Part shown: piece after piece, positions 20,724 to 31,378 of the stretch
How the letters are laid out: every line of letters begins with the position of its first letter
Position numbering within the stretch: position 1 is the first letter of the stretch
Virus record (IMG/VR): IMGVR_UViG_3300047560_000724
Location: 16,580 to 80,579 of that record
Direction: 5' to 3' (one strand)
DNA: 64,000 nt
Source: a virus
Notes under the pieces: generated by a model
Told to the model about the DNA's origin: nothing
Databases searched by the model: none
What the model saw: the letters and a program-made list of their open reading frames with translations, nothing else
Position numbers and translations under genes: made by a program

Positions 20724-21422
20724 TCAGTCCTTCTTATCCCCAAACAACTGTAGCAAGCTCAAGAAGATGTTAATAAAGTCTAGGTACAAGGTCAACGCAC
20801 CGATAACTTCAACAGCCGGGCTTGAATCTTCACTGATCATTTCTCGAATTTGTTGTGTGTCGTAAGCGGCTAATCCCATAAAGATGATAATAGCTAACGC
20901 ACTGATAACCATTTGCATTACTGAGCTACCAATAAAGATATTGATGATACTAGCAATGATAATAGCAATTAATCCAACAAACATAAATTTACCAAGGCTG
21001 TCTAGATTCTTCTTGGTAAAGTATCCGTAGAAACTCATAGTGCCAAACAAGACAGACGCACCCATGAATGCACTAAAAATACTGCCCATAGTGTAGACAG
21101 CAAAGATGACAGCAAAACTCAAACCCATTACAGCCGCAAATCCTGCTAACAGAGCGATTGCAATTTCTTTTGGAGGGTTAGAGTTAAGTGCAATAGTAAT
21201 TCCAAACACCGCTAATAGTGGTGCAAAAATTACCACATAGTGCATTATGCCTGTGAAGAAAAATTTCACAAGCTCCGGGCTAGTTCCAACAAAGAAACTA
21301 ACCAACATACTAACTAATGTAGCAAGACCCATGTAACCATATACACGGCCCATTGCCTGATTTACTTCCCCGGCAGTACGGTAGTTAATAATTCCACCGT
21401 CTGTGTAGTTATGTCCAAACAT
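20724..21422 (-). CDS. Bax inhibitor-1/YccA family membrane protein
   Basis: Multi-TM; AYDTQ.I and ALTLYLDFINIF. Confidence 0.92.
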   Translation of the reverse strand: MFGHNYTDGGIINYRTAGEVNQAMGRVYGYMGLATLVSMLVSFFVGTSPELVKFFFTGIMHYVVIFAPLLAVFGITIALNSNPPKEIAIALLAGFAAVMGLSFAVIFAVYTMGSIFSAFMGASVLFGTMSFYGYFTKKNLDSLGKFMFVGLIAIIIASIINIFIGSSVMQMVISALAIIIFMGLAAYDTQQIREMISEDSSPAVEVIGALTLYLDFINIFLSLLQLFGDKKD

Positions 21423-21434
21423 AGTATTTTTCCT

Positions 21435-21797
21435 TTATACAAATGGTTTAAGATTAGGTGGCACCCAACCTACTGGTTTTAAAACTTTCCCGTCTTCACG
21501 CTTACGAACTTTGCCAGTATCTTTATCGATCTTGGCAAAGTTAGTTTGCATGACTTCTTTCCACGCACCTTCTGCGTCACTACCCATACTATGGATAGCA
21601 CCAATAGTAACAACTAGAATATCAATAAGAGCATCTAGCGTTTCTAATTGATCGTTATTATTTACAGCAACTTGGAGTTCTTTATATTCTTCATCGATAA
21701 GACCAAGATACATTTTAAATTGTTCCTGGTCAAACTCGCCGCCTGTAGTTTGATCACAGGCCTTCATAAACTTTTCTTGATCTCTAAACGGGTTCAT
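21435..21797 (-). CDS. MazG-like NTP pyrophosphohydrolase
   Basis: LIDEEYKEL...DALIDI...KREDGKVLKP. Confidence 0.85.
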   Translation of the reverse strand: MNPFRDQEKFMKACDQTTGGEFDQEQFKMYLGLIDEEYKELQVAVNNNDQLETLDALIDILVVTIGAIHSMGSDAEGAWKEVMQTNFAKIDKDTGKVRKREDGKVLKPVGWVPPNLKPFV

Positions 21798-21806
21798 ATC
21801 TTTCCT

Positions 21807-22043
21807 TTAAACACTATTTTCAATTGTTGGCTCAACACCTTCTCGGCAAGGTATTGGATGACCGTAATAATCGAGCATTAATGATCCCCACACCTTACCG
21901 TTTTCTTCAAACTCTACAAACACTCTACCGTAAGCACAGAACGCCCTTGTTTCTGTTGTAGGCTTTGATTTGCTAATAAACAACCAAATCAACAGAGTAA
22001 CTACAATTAGCCACCCGATCACAATGTTTCTTACCAGTTTCAC
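21807..22043 (-). CDS. Membrane-anchored hypothetical protein
   Basis: N-terminal TM segment. Confidence 0.65.
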   Translation of the reverse strand: MKLVRNIVIGWLIVVTLLIWLFISKSKPTTETRAFCAYGRVFVEFEENGKVWGSLMLDYYGHPIPCREGVEPTIENSV

Positions 22044-22288
22044 TTCATTGCTTCCATGGTCTGCCTCTTAGCCTCTTCTTTAACTTCTTGTTTGTGTATA
22101 GTTTGAAGACCCCTAAACATGTCTTCAACTACATGGATTATAGCATCCTTGCCATCTTCTGTCAAGTGGCTGTACTCTGGACTTACACTACTTTCATGCC
22201 AAACACGCTGATTTTTTACAAGTTCTAGCAATGCACCGTAGAGCATGTCTTTGTGCATACTTCGTTTGATATCAAATTTTCTCGCCAT
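22040..22288 (-). CDS. Hypothetical protein
   Basis: Likely start MARKFD overlapping the ligase end. Confidence 0.6.
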   Translation of the reverse strand: MARKFDIKRSMHKDMLYGALLELVKNQRVWHESSVSPEYSHLTEDGKDAIIHVVEDMFRGLQTIHKQEVKEEAKRQTMEAMK

Positions 22289-23597
22289 CTTTAAAGCCTC
22301 TGAAATGGAGAAACCGTGGAAAGCGCAAAGAGTAACTACCGTCTTGATTCTGTGTAATGGCGTCGGCTCGTACTTCAACGATCTTCCCAACCACCGCATT
22401 ACGATCCTTCCAATAATCATCCCGGTTGCTATCAGTGAACCCGCTACCAACATTGACCCGTATAGACTTTCCGTCATCTTCACCCTCACATACTAGTGCG
22501 CCTAACTTACCTACATTACGACCAGTGCCTTCTTCAATTGCTGTTACTGTCAAAGACACTTCAATGAACGGCTTCAACTTCAACCATGCTACTGAACGCT
22601 TACACTCATAACCTGCTTCTGGATCTTTAAGCATAATGCCTTCGTATCCCCCAGCAATGGCACTACTATTAATTTCTTTATAACGCTTCTGTCCAGCATC
22701 TGTGTCCAAATCAACAAGTTCGTGTCCGACTACAGTAACATTAGGCAACATGTCTTTGTAAGTCTTGTGCCAGTAGTAAACCATGTCACTGCGTGTTGAT
22801 TGATCTTTATCCCAGAAACCTTTTTCAAAATCTGCTAATGGAATAACATCAAACAAATTAAGGATAGCATCACCTGCTTCTACATTGTCCTTGCGGTGTA
22901 CTTGTTTCATTAAGTCTTGGAAACTGGACGACATAATTTCGCCGTCTAGTACAACATCCATATTTTGACTAGAGCCATGCTTCTTAACTACAGCACTAAT
23001 CTGTTCTACAATGTGTGGAAAATTGACCAGCTCTTTACCATTTCGGCTAAACATATCAACCCGGCCATCAGCACGAACAATCGTAATAACGCGAACGCCA
23101 TCGAGTTTGACTTCAATAAGTTTCTTCCCTGCAACCTTTCCTTCATGATTAGCACTATCATGAGCAAGCTGGCAACTGAAAACAGGAATAGAATATTGTG
23201 CATGGTTCTTACCTACAACTTTGTTAACGGTGGCTTCGCTAAATCCAGCTCGCATGTCTTTGATAAGAATACGGCGGTACCAATCATTCCATTCTGCTTT
23301 TGTAGCAATAGCAAGACACAATTCAATCGCCGTCTTTGCGTCATTGCCTGTTAGTTCACGCTTTTGAAGTTTACTTGCAAGTTCAGTAAACACATTCCAA
23401 GGCAAGCCTTGACCATCTGGGCCACTGTGTGTTGGAACTTTCTTGACACCAAATGTAATCATTGAGTCAAGTGCAAGTTTACAGCCTTCAAAGAATGTAG
23501 AGTTACCTGCGTCTAGTTCTTCTTTAATAATGGATTCTTTAACCAAGCGACTGTTGTCTGCTTCAAGTAGAGAAATTACTTGCCAAGGTTGACGCAT
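22272..23597 (-). CDS. ATP-dependent DNA ligase
   Basis: KLDGVR motif I, LDGE, FDVI, EGIMLK, WLKLK, SLRFPRF. Confidence 0.95.
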   Translation of the reverse strand: MRQPWQVISLLEADNSRLVKESIIKEELDAGNSTFFEGCKLALDSMITFGVKKVPTHSGPDGQGLPWNVFTELASKLQKRELTGNDAKTAIELCLAIATKAEWNDWYRRILIKDMRAGFSEATVNKVVGKNHAQYSIPVFSCQLAHDSANHEGKVAGKKLIEVKLDGVRVITIVRADGRVDMFSRNGKELVNFPHIVEQISAVVKKHGSSQNMDVVLDGEIMSSSFQDLMKQVHRKDNVEAGDAILNLFDVIPLADFEKGFWDKDQSTRSDMVYYWHKTYKDMLPNVTVVGHELVDLDTDAGQKRYKEINSSAIAGGYEGIMLKDPEAGYECKRSVAWLKLKPFIEVSLTVTAIEEGTGRNVGKLGALVCEGEDDGKSIRVNVGSGFTDSNRDDYWKDRNAVVGKIVEVRADAITQNQDGSYSLRFPRFLHFRGFKDGEKI

Positions 23598-23646
23598 TTT
23601 TGCTCCTAAGAATTTACTGTAATGTATGTATTATACAGCAGAAATC

Positions 23647-24375
23647 TTAGTATGTCAAGTGATTTGTGGTCTTAAATGGCTTGCCGATACAGGCGTATTC
23701 TAATTGGGTCATTATTTTACGCTTCATTTGTCGGACTTTTGGATGGTTGTGATTGTATTCAAACGCTTTCATAAAGCGTTCCCAATCATTTGGACGGATC
23801 CGTTTTGTTACCTTAGCATCCATATATTCTCGGATACCTTTTGGATTCCACCCAAATTTATCAATCATCATCTGGGCAATGTTAAAAGCATGGGCACCCA
23901 TTTCATCTCGGTCACCATAATACTCTTGCTGTTTACGATCTCGAGCATAGTAGGCTGTGCTTTCATATCCTGGGATAGGTTTGAAATTACGAGCACGATG
24001 TTGTCTAGCGTGGATAATTTCATGTAGCATTATGTCAGCAAAAACTGTACAAATTCTTTCCCAACGATATGGGCTAGTCTTCATAGTTTGAGCATCTGTT
24101 GGGTAAGCTATCTGGACTTCGATAAAACGCTTCTTACCGGCTTTATCTTCTCCAGAATAATAAACTCCACCTAGCCAAAGCTCGCCCTTTTTAACTGGTT
24201 TGTACTTACCGCTGGTTACTTTTACAGGGAGATGTTGTTTGATATGTTTGCTTAAGAGCTTGACGATTTGACCAATAGGTAATCGCTTGTCTACGATCTC
24301 TGATTTAAGTTCGTAAAGCATAGAGTACAAGGTATCTCGATCCAGTAAGGACCAGTTGAAAGCCTGACGGGCCAT
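23647..24375 (-). CDS. HExxH putative metallopeptidase-like protein (paralog of 30703-31377)
   Basis: HEIIHARQ...YY...DEMGAHA. Confidence 0.6.
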   Translation of the reverse strand: MARQAFNWSLLDRDTLYSMLYELKSEIVDKRLPIGQIVKLLSKHIKQHLPVKVTSGKYKPVKKGELWLGGVYYSGEDKAGKKRFIEVQIAYPTDAQTMKTSPYRWERICTVFADIMLHEIIHARQHRARNFKPIPGYESTAYYARDRKQQEYYGDRDEMGAHAFNIAQMMIDKFGWNPKGIREYMDAKVTKRIRPNDWERFMKAFEYNHNHPKVRQMKRKIMTQLEYACIGKPFKTTNHLTY

Positions 24376-24433
24376 AATACACTCCTAACATAGTTATTTA
24401 TAGTGTACTACGGCCAACCATTATATACGCACT

Positions 24434-25054
24434 TTATGGGCGTTTTGTAACAACTTTATCAGCCAAGCCATAAGCAACGGCTTCTTCTGCGCTTAAAAAT
24501 GTGTCAAATTTCATGGTTTCGAACAGTTCTTCGTAACCCTTACCCGCTGTATTATGGCGAACATACAGTTCTGTAAGACGCTTATTGATACGAACTGATT
24601 CCTCAAACGATCGTTTTGCGTCTTCAAACTGAAGATCCTGCACATGAACTGAGCCACGGGTTCCAGGAGTACCTGAACTTACACGATGGATCATAGTACG
24701 ACTTTCTGGCAACACCATCCGTTTTCCAGGGGTGCCTGCTTGGGCTAGGAAACTACCCATGCTTGCAGCTTGCCCAATTACAATAGTTTGAATCTCGGGC
24801 TTGATAAACTGCATAGTATCGTAGATAGCCAAGCCGGCAGTTACACTACCGCCCGGACTGTTAATGAAGAACTGGATGTCTTCGTTTCCTTGACTCTCTA
24901 AAAAGAGTAACTGAGCCACAATGACACTAGCCGAATGTTCGTTAACATCTGTATCTAGCATTACAATACGGTCTTTAAGCAGACGACTGTAAATGTCGTA
25001 ACTGCGTTCACCTCGAGCTTCTTGCTCAACAACCATTGGTACCAAATGTGGCAT
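24434..25054 (-). CDS. clpP: Clp protease proteolytic subunit
   Basis: [25 protein letters not shown]. Confidence 0.95.
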   Translation of the reverse strand: MPHLVPMVVEQEARGERSYDIYSRLLKDRIVMLDTDVNEHSASVIVAQLLFLESQGNEDIQFFINSPGGSVTAGLAIYDTMQFIKPEIQTIVIGQAASMGSFLAQAGTPGKRMVLPESRTMIHRVSSGTPGTRGSVHVQDLQFEDAKRSFEESVRINKRLTELYVRHNTAGKGYEELFETMKFDTFLSAEEAVAYGLADKVVTKRP

Positions 25055-25063
25055 CTTATTCCT

Positions 25064-25618
25064 TTATTGATCTAATTCTTTAAATGCTTCAGGCGCCCGT
25101 TTAAGAGCGATTTCACGCTGACGAGCCGCCTCTTTTGCCTTACGCAAGATGTTTGCATCACCAGTGGGCAATGCTACTAGGACATAAGTTCTAAAACGAG
25201 GACCTTCGGCAATGCGTTTAATTTCTTTGACCTCTACACCAGTAAGGTCAACTTCTTTACACGAAGCACGAATTGCCTGTTCGCTGAACTCAGTGCTAGT
25301 GTTTTCGGAATCTGTACGGTAAATCTTAGTACGCTGACTAGCGGTACCGCCAGCTGTCATACAAATCTTACCATAAGCGGCTGCTTTGGCTTTTGCATCA
25401 GCCATTGAAAAATCCCCACTAACCGCAGTACCAGCTTCATAAACCGCACTATTACTAATTGGGATATCAGTCATCCACTTAGGAGCCTTGTCAATTGCTC
25501 GCTCGACATATTTTTCTTGTCGTTCGCGTTCGTACTCGGCTCGCTTTTGATAAGGGTCACTAGTACCGCAAGCCACTAACAATGCCGCAACGGGCAATAA
25601 TGTAATAAGTTTTTTCAT
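25064..25618 (-). CDS. Lipoprotein
   Basis: Signal peptide with lipobox LVAC. Confidence 0.75.
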   Translation of the reverse strand: MKKLITLLPVAALLVACGTSDPYQKRAEYERERQEKYVERAIDKAPKWMTDIPISNSAVYEAGTAVSGDFSMADAKAKAAAYGKICMTAGGTASQRTKIYRTDSENTSTEFSEQAIRASCKEVDLTGVEVKEIKRIAEGPRFRTYVLVALPTGDANILRKAKEAARQREIALKRAPEAFKELDQ

Positions 25619-25619
25619 T

Positions 25620-25742
25620 TTATTTTCCTGTCATCTTTTCTTTAGTCCAATCTGCCATGCCGGAAATATCGTTTCCAACACCCTTAACTGTACCACAAGC
25701 GGTAAGCATAACAGTGATAAAAATTACTAATGCCTGTTTCAT
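25620..25742 (-). CDS. Entericidin EcnA/B-like small lipoprotein
   Basis: MKQALVIFITVMLTACGTVKGVGNDI read manually. Confidence 0.7.
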   Translation of the reverse strand: MKQALVIFITVMLTACGTVKGVGNDISGMADWTKEKMTGK

Positions 25743-25867
25743 TTTGCCATCTCCTGACTCTGTGTCTTAACTGTGTCTACACCTTTATCAAGCATACGAG
25801 CAATGCCGGAGAACCCAACAGTAGCCAGTACCAATCCAAAGATAGTGCCTGCGATAAATGCCTTCAT
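25739..25867 (-). CDS. Small membrane protein
   Basis: 42-aa ORF read manually behind a TTGACT-17-TATAAT promoter. Confidence 0.6.
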   Translation of the reverse strand: MKAFIAGTIFGLVLATVGFSGIARMLDKGVDTVKTQSQEMAK

Positions 25868-25929
25868 AGTGTGCCTCTCTGTGTGTTAATGATGTGTATA
25901 TTATAAATGAACAAAACCTAAAAGTCAAG

Positions 25930-26481
25930 TCACCATTTGTCCACAATTAGCCAATCTTCTGCATGACCGCCAGTTTGGCAAATAACTCCGTGATTAACAA
26001 CCATTCTACCCTCTGCCGGGTACTTTTCTCTAAACATACGGCATTTGGATTTGCTATGTGTAAAGTATTGTTCAATGCCTGGAACTTTGGCTACTTCATT
26101 TTCCAAAATAACTTGTCCAATTTTAATTGGCTTAAAGTCTGGATTGATGCCTTCCTTACAAACATTAATCATTTCGGTTTTATATTTGCCACCTAAGTTG
26201 ACTAGAATGTTACTACGGCCTTGGGCGATTGCTTGATGACACAGCATTTCGTCTGGGAGCATACCATTAACCGTTTCGTTTACTTGATATTCTTGTCCAT
26301 CAATTTTAAGTTTGAATTGAACATTACATCGACCAGATGCTTTGTTCTTAACAACATCATACGGTGCCGAAACTGTATATTCGTTTGACAGTTGAGTTGC
26401 CGCCCGCAATGAACATTCTGCGTGTGCAACCACAGATGACAGCAGGTTAATTGTTAGTAGAATCTTCTTCATAGCGATCAC
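25930..26481 (-). CDS. Secreted hypothetical protein
   Basis: Signal peptide ending VAHA. Confidence 0.7.
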   Translation of the reverse strand: MIAMKKILLTINLLSSVVAHAECSLRAATQLSNEYTVSAPYDVVKNKASGRCNVQFKLKIDGQEYQVNETVNGMLPDEMLCHQAIAQGRSNILVNLGGKYKTEMINVCKEGINPDFKPIKIGQVILENEVAKVPGIEQYFTHSKSKCRMFREKYPAEGRMVVNHGVICQTGGHAEDWLIVDKW

Positions 26482-26725
26482 AAGTATATGAATACCACCA
26501 AATGGTTGATTTGAGTCTAGCGTTATAAAGTTGATCTTGCTCGTCTAGCTTTTCTATTTCTTTTGGAAAGGCTTTAATTTTTTGTATTGCTTTGAGCTGT
26601 GCCATTTGAGTTTCTCGCTTGGCACAGCTAACTGGAAATTCTTTTAGCTCTTTGTAAGATAATACCTTGGTAGCATTACTGTCACACCCTGCAAGTATGA
26701 CCAATGCAAAGATAAGATATTTCAT
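26447..26725 (-). CDS. Lipoprotein
   Basis: Lipobox LAGC. Confidence 0.7.
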   Translation of the reverse strand: MKYLIFALVILAGCDSNATKVLSYKELKEFPVSCAKRETQMAQLKAIQKIKAFPKEIEKLDEQDQLYNARLKSTIWWYSYTCDRYEEDSTNN

Positions 26726-27141
26726 CAGTGTCTTTCTTCAAGTGAAGTTGAAGTTAGTTGTGCTAGGTTCTGGAACTTATCCCAAGCACCTTTAAGGGTA
26801 GGATTTTTATCTAGCTCTTCGCTAGGTAATACGGTCTCAACCCAAATGTAGGGCAATCGTCGAGGATGTGCGCCAAACTTACGAGGCTGATGTAGTTTGC
26901 CTTGATTCCAAAGATCAATACTCACTGTACGGAACTTGTCTTCGTCTTCGTTGGGGTAACTAGCCCATTCTGGATTAGAGAAAGGACTGTATCCGTGGTA
27001 TCCTTGCCAAATACCTGCCCACTGATCGTCATTAGTTGGATCAAAATCTGTACGAGAAATAATAACAAGGACATCATCGATGTCAATATTACCATCAACG
27101 ATGTCACGGACGCACCGACTATAACTAAGTCCAATTTTCAT
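26725..27141 (-). CDS. Hypothetical phage protein
   Basis: ORF in the gene run. Confidence 0.75.
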   Translation of the reverse strand: MKIGLSYSRCVRDIVDGNIDIDDVLVIISRTDFDPTNDDQWAGIWQGYHGYSPFSNPEWASYPNEDEDKFRTVSIDLWNQGKLHQPRKFGAHPRRLPYIWVETVLPSEELDKNPTLKGAWDKFQNLAQLTSTSLEERH

Positions 27142-27142
27142 T

Positions 27143-27394
27143 TTAACCCCTACTACTGGTTTGTGTTACTGAAATTTTAGGTCCTGCGCTAGTAAAGTCC
27201 ATTCCGGCCATTCTGCCTTCGTAGATTTTACCATTCCATTTCATTGGAAGTTTTACGCTTTTGTTTAGTATAACATCGAGCCGTTCGTTTTCCCTAAAGT
27301 CTTGGACAACCGCTTCAACAAATTTTCCAGTACCTTCTTGTTTGACTTGGCAAGTGTCACTGTGTCTGCGTAGCTGACTCATTTTCTTCCCCAA
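27143..27394 (-). CDS. Hypothetical protein
   Basis: ORF in the gene run. Confidence 0.65.
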   Translation of the reverse strand: MGKKMSQLRRHSDTCQVKQEGTGKFVEAVVQDFRENERLDVILNKSVKLPMKWNGKIYEGRMAGMDFTSAGPKISVTQTSSRG

Positions 27395-27710
27395 TAGTAA
27401 ACTCTACTCGTTTGATAGAATCCCAACGGAAACTACGCCAAGATTTAGCATCAAGGTCATAAACGGGCATAACATCTTCATTAACCTTTTTAACTTTTGG
27501 AAAGTCAATAGGATTGTCGGTGTTAGTTTCGTGAGCCTTTGATTCAACTAGCGGAACAAGATCTGCATTGGTTGTGCATTTCATTACCCGTTCTGTACCG
27601 TCCTTTTTGGTAAAAACTACAGTTGTAGGTCCGTAAGCCAAATGGCTCTTAAGCCATTTCTTAAACAGCTTTAGTTCTTTTTCGTTTAGGTTCATTTTGT
27701 TTACTTTCAA
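27357..27710 (-). CDS. WYL-like SH3-fold phage protein
   Basis: FTKKDGTERVMKCT...YDLDAKSWRSFRWDSI. Confidence 0.7.
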   Translation of the reverse strand: MKVNKMNLNEKELKLFKKWLKSHLAYGPTTVVFTKKDGTERVMKCTTNADLVPLVESKAHETNTDNPIDFPKVKKVNEDVMPVYDLDAKSWRSFRWDSIKRVEFTIGEENESATQTQ

Positions 27711-27861
27711 GTTCTACAATACGACTTTGCAATCTTACCACTTCTTGTTCTAACTTTTCTATATGTTCAGAAACATAGAACATAAAGTTGCTGGTGTTTT
27801 CACCGGTCACCCGTAGCATATCTGCTACAGATGGTGGTGTTAGGTCTTCAGGATTATTCAT
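27661..27861 (-). CDS. Small coiled-coil protein
   Basis: Heptad IEKLEQEVVRLQSRIVEL. Confidence 0.6.
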   Translation of the reverse strand: MNNPEDLTPPSVADMLRVTGENTSNFMFYVSEHIEKLEQEVVRLQSRIVELESKQNEPKRKRTKAV

Positions 27862-28707
27862 TTAAATCTCCAATACAATGTTAGGATCCCATCCGCTATC
27901 AGGCTCATACCCTTCGTAACCACGGGGATTACAAACAATACGAGTCTCGCCGATCATATAATCAAACGCATGATGAGTGTGCCCATGTGTCCACAGTTTG
28001 ATCTGCGGACGATCTAAGATAAACTCACTCAAGTCACTGTGATAAGCACCATTCATCAAAGTTTCTCCTCTGTACTGTTCATGTACGCTTTGGAAACTTG
28101 GACTGTGATGTCCTACTACAACAAACTTTTCGTCTGGGCGTTCTGCTACTACAGTTTTAATATAGCCGAGCATATGGCGATGGCGCAAGACTGTGTCATG
28201 CGGCTTGAGGTTAGTGTAGCCTTCATCTTCTTTTTTGATAACACGGAAGTCGTTCATCATGTCACGAACAGCATGAAGTGTAAGCGGATCGCCTTTGTTC
28301 ATATCAGTCCATAAGGTTCCACCGATAAATGTTACATCATCAATTTTCTTTGAGCCTGCTTCTAAGAAGTAAACATTAGGAAACTTGCCGCACTCGTCAA
28401 ATAATACCTTAGGTGTACGATTCCACTTTCCGTGGTAGAACTCGTGGTTGCCAGCAACATAAACAGTATGCGGGAATTGGAAACTACAACGCTTTAAGAA
28501 GTCGCGGAACCGTTGGACACGCTGTTGCTTGCGGCCAAGATCTGGAATAGCGCCATACATATTGTAGCTAGGCAATTCCATATGGTCGTAGAGTTCTTCG
28601 GCAATCATAATATCGCCTGAAAGAATTAGCACATCACAATTATTATCGTTTGTGATGTTGATATCAGAAAACTCTAAGTGGAGATCTGATACAAGTTTAA
28701 TCCTCAT
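27862..28707 (-). CDS. Calcineurin-like metallophosphoesterase
   Basis: SDLH, GD, GNHE, HH.P, HGHTH. Confidence 0.92.
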   Translation of the reverse strand: MRIKLVSDLHLEFSDINITNDNNCDVLILSGDIMIAEELYDHMELPSYNMYGAIPDLGRKQQRVQRFRDFLKRCSFQFPHTVYVAGNHEFYHGKWNRTPKVLFDECGKFPNVYFLEAGSKKIDDVTFIGGTLWTDMNKGDPLTLHAVRDMMNDFRVIKKEDEGYTNLKPHDTVLRHRHMLGYIKTVVAERPDEKFVVVGHHSPSFQSVHEQYRGETLMNGAYHSDLSEFILDRPQIKLWTHGHTHHAFDYMIGETRIVCNPRGYEGYEPDSGWDPNIVLEI

Positions 28708-29260
28708 CCTGTTCCTCTAACCATTTCTGCGCCTTTTCTTTAGTAAGACGCCCTGCTTCAACTTCTACAAGAGCATGCCGTAGTGCTTCTTCAACAAACT
28801 CGTTAAAGGTCATATCACGCTCGTGCGCCATTTTCATATATTGTAACAGATCTTCATCGGAGAAGTCAACCTCCATTTGGACCCTAGTGTCATAATCCTC
28901 GCCTGCAGCAATAGCTAAACACTTTTGGATAAAGTCGTCATCTACATCTAAGTCAATGTAGTCAACATTATCCCATGCTTCTTTCTTGCTAACATCTCGC
29001 CGTTTGGCTTCCTTTTTCATTTTCTTTTGGAAGTCTTCATTGACCATACGATACGCACGATTATGGACATAGTCGTGTGCTTGTACTTCGTAAACAGTTT
29101 GATCTTTAGTATCAAAAATGATAGTAAAGCTGTGACCATCCTGATCACCATTCCAACTGTCTAGCATATAGGCATTCGGACCGTAACATTCCCAACAGTA
29201 ATTACTACCTTCAGTGATCCGGTAGTCAACGATCTCCATCCATTCTTTTAGAGTAATCAT
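28697..29260 (-). CDS. Hypothetical phage protein
   Basis: ORF in the gene run. Confidence 0.75.
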   Translation of the reverse strand: MITLKEWMEIVDYRITEGSNYCWECYGPNAYMLDSWNGDQDGHSFTIIFDTKDQTVYEVQAHDYVHNRAYRMVNEDFQKKMKKEAKRRDVSKKEAWDNVDYIDLDVDDDFIQKCLAIAAGEDYDTRVQMEVDFSDEDLLQYMKMAHERDMTFNEFVEEALRHALVEVEAGRLTKEKAQKWLEEQDED

Positions 29261-29694
29261 AGTTCCAAGCCATCCTTTCTTGCTTGTTCTTCAATCCGAG
29301 CATTTCGCTCTGCTTCGTGTATATCACACAATGTACGCACCCATCCACCACTACGGCGTGTACCAATACCGCCACATGCTTCACAGGCAACACCAGCCCA
29401 CGACTCTGCCATACTAACTAGCCCATGAACATATTCGTCTCCGCCTTCGTAGTAAAACCTAAGTCCACCGAACTTTTCTTTAACTTGCATTACAACAACT
29501 TGCGGACATACTTCTTCTTTTCTATTAGCAAACTCAATATGTTGCTGAATGCTATGACTCAATCGTTCAATAATTGGCCACCAACCCTTGCCTACGGCAA
29601 ATCCCCCATACGCACCAGGATACATCTTTGGATACGATTTTTCCATACGCTGGGCAAATGCTTCGTAGTCTTTAAATTCTTGATCGTCGTTCAT
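29257..29694 (-). CDS. Hypothetical protein with Cys motif
   Basis: QVKEKFGGLRFY...CEACG...LC. Confidence 0.75.
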   Translation of the reverse strand: MNDDQEFKDYEAFAQRMEKSYPKMYPGAYGGFAVGKGWWPIIERLSHSIQQHIEFANRKEEVCPQVVVMQVKEKFGGLRFYYEGGDEYVHGLVSMAESWAGVACEACGGIGTRRSGGWVRTLCDIHEAERNARIEEQARKDGLEL

Positions 29695-29945
29695 TTTATC
29701 TCATCCGATGTTTCAATAAAATCATTAATAATTAAATTCAATGCTTCAATTCTGCGTATGTTACCTGTTACATCTTCTGGGTGTAGCCAGTAACCATCTG
29801 GGTTATCTTCTGTCTTAGGATTCTTTTTCCATTGTGCTAATTCCTTTTTAAGGTAAGAACGATAGTCTTTTAAGTTAAGACTAGTGATTCGATCCGCAGT
29901 TTCCCCGTCAATCCATTGATACGGTTTGTGTTTTGCTTTACTCAT
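29691..29945 (-). CDS. Hypothetical protein
   Basis: Likely start MSKAKH. Confidence 0.65.
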   Translation of the reverse strand: MSKAKHKPYQWIDGETADRITSLNLKDYRSYLKKELAQWKKNPKTEDNPDGYWLHPEDVTGNIRRIEALNLIINDFIETSDEIK

Positions 29946-30667
29946 TGTGCGGCCTTTACATAATTTAATCGGGTTACTGGAATTTCGTGTTTCCAATGCT
30001 TGTTGTGGTCTTTGACTTTTGCCTTTACAACAACACACGGGCCAAGTTTTAAATCAACTTTGCTCATCCATGAGACCATCTTATTTTCAATTATAGCATC
30101 AACATTCCAAGCATCAAAGTTTTTTGAGCGTTGGCTTGATAAGATTTCGCAATCCTTATCAAAGATGTTATCGCCAATTAAGCCAACATATTCTTGATCA
30201 AATGTTTTGATACGCTTTTCTATTTGAGTCCTAGCATAGTCTCTTTTGTACACACTTGGTAGGCAAGCAATGAATCCTAACTTATTCAACGGAACTTCTT
30301 CGCTGTTAAGTAGACTGTTAACCTCAGTTTGAAATTCGTTATCACCTTGGATTGCAGAAAATGCTAGCCTTCGAAAATATTTTTGGATATCAGTTGCTAA
30401 TTCTCGATCTTCAAGATTAGTACATAGTAAAGGAGGTTTTGGAATATCACCCCAATTAGCTTTATCCTCTCCTAGTGTGACTAGCATTAAATCTCGGTTT
30501 GAATAGTTGTAATACATCACCTTGCTACCTTTTGAACCAAAAGTATCTTCGGGATCAGCATACACTGGCATGACTGTTTTAATGTAGTCTTTATTGTGCC
30601 GTTGAGCGGCACAGGCAAGCTCAAGGAGTTGCTGTAAAGGATATTTAGGTGCTGTGAAGCCAGGCAT
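29942..30667 (-). CDS. Hypothetical phage protein
   Basis: 241-aa ORF. Confidence 0.75.
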   Translation of the reverse strand: MPGFTAPKYPLQQLLELACAAQRHNKDYIKTVMPVYADPEDTFGSKGSKVMYYNYSNRDLMLVTLGEDKANWGDIPKPPLLCTNLEDRELATDIQKYFRRLAFSAIQGDNEFQTEVNSLLNSEEVPLNKLGFIACLPSVYKRDYARTQIEKRIKTFDQEYVGLIGDNIFDKDCEILSSQRSKNFDAWNVDAIIENKMVSWMSKVDLKLGPCVVVKAKVKDHNKHWKHEIPVTRLNYVKAAQ

Positions 30668-30702
30668 TCTTGCTCACGATGTTTATTTAAGATAGTACTA
30701 TT

Positions 30703-31377
30703 TTAAACGAAAATCGCGTCTGTGTCAACTTTTTGTAGCCGTACATAGACTTTTTTGGCTAGTTGTTTTAGGAGTTCCGGGTTGTGATCTTTAAAGTGAG
30801 CTACATACGCATTTAAGTTTGGGCTAACATATTGATCTTTGATTTTAAGTTTGGCTAGTAAAGTAAATTTGGGCATGTATCTTAATGCTCGATACTTGCC
30901 CAAAGTCCTGCACAGTTCGATTGCAATGCTCAAAGCATACGCATCGAGCTCGTCCGGATCTTGCAGGTAGATTTGATATTGTGTGCCACCGTCATGCCGT
31001 TCCCAGAATGTTTGAAACTTTCTTTTGCGGCTTTGGCGTTGGTGTTTGTATTCATGAACTACAGCATCAAAAATTTGTACTAGCAAATCAGTAGTATGTT
31101 TCTGATCCCAGAGGACTTCTTTATTAAAGTTATGATAGATTATAACTTCTATAGGAGTTTCTTTTTGTTGATCTTCTTCAGCATCGTAATATGCGTTAAC
31201 ATAAAACTCTTCTGAATCTAAATATTTTTTAGTTTGTGACTTTAAAGATAAGTCAAAGCCTTGTCGTTTAAATTCTCGGCGGACTAGACTCAACAGTTTC
31301 TGGAAACTTAGGCCATGCTTGCTATTCGCTTTTACTGTAGTGCAAACAGAGCAAACCGTTTCCATTATACTGTTCAT
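30703..31377 (-). CDS. HExxH putative metallopeptidase-like protein
   Basis: HEYKHQRQ...YL..PDELDAYA. Confidence 0.6.
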   Translation of the reverse strand: MNSIMETVCSVCTTVKANSKHGLSFQKLLSLVRREFKRQGFDLSLKSQTKKYLDSEEFYVNAYYDAEEDQQKETPIEVIIYHNFNKEVLWDQKHTTDLLVQIFDAVVHEYKHQRQSRKRKFQTFWERHDGGTQYQIYLQDPDELDAYALSIAIELCRTLGKYRALRYMPKFTLLAKLKIKDQYVSPNLNAYVAHFKDHNPELLKQLAKKVYVRLQKVDTDAIFV

Positions 31378-31378
31378 A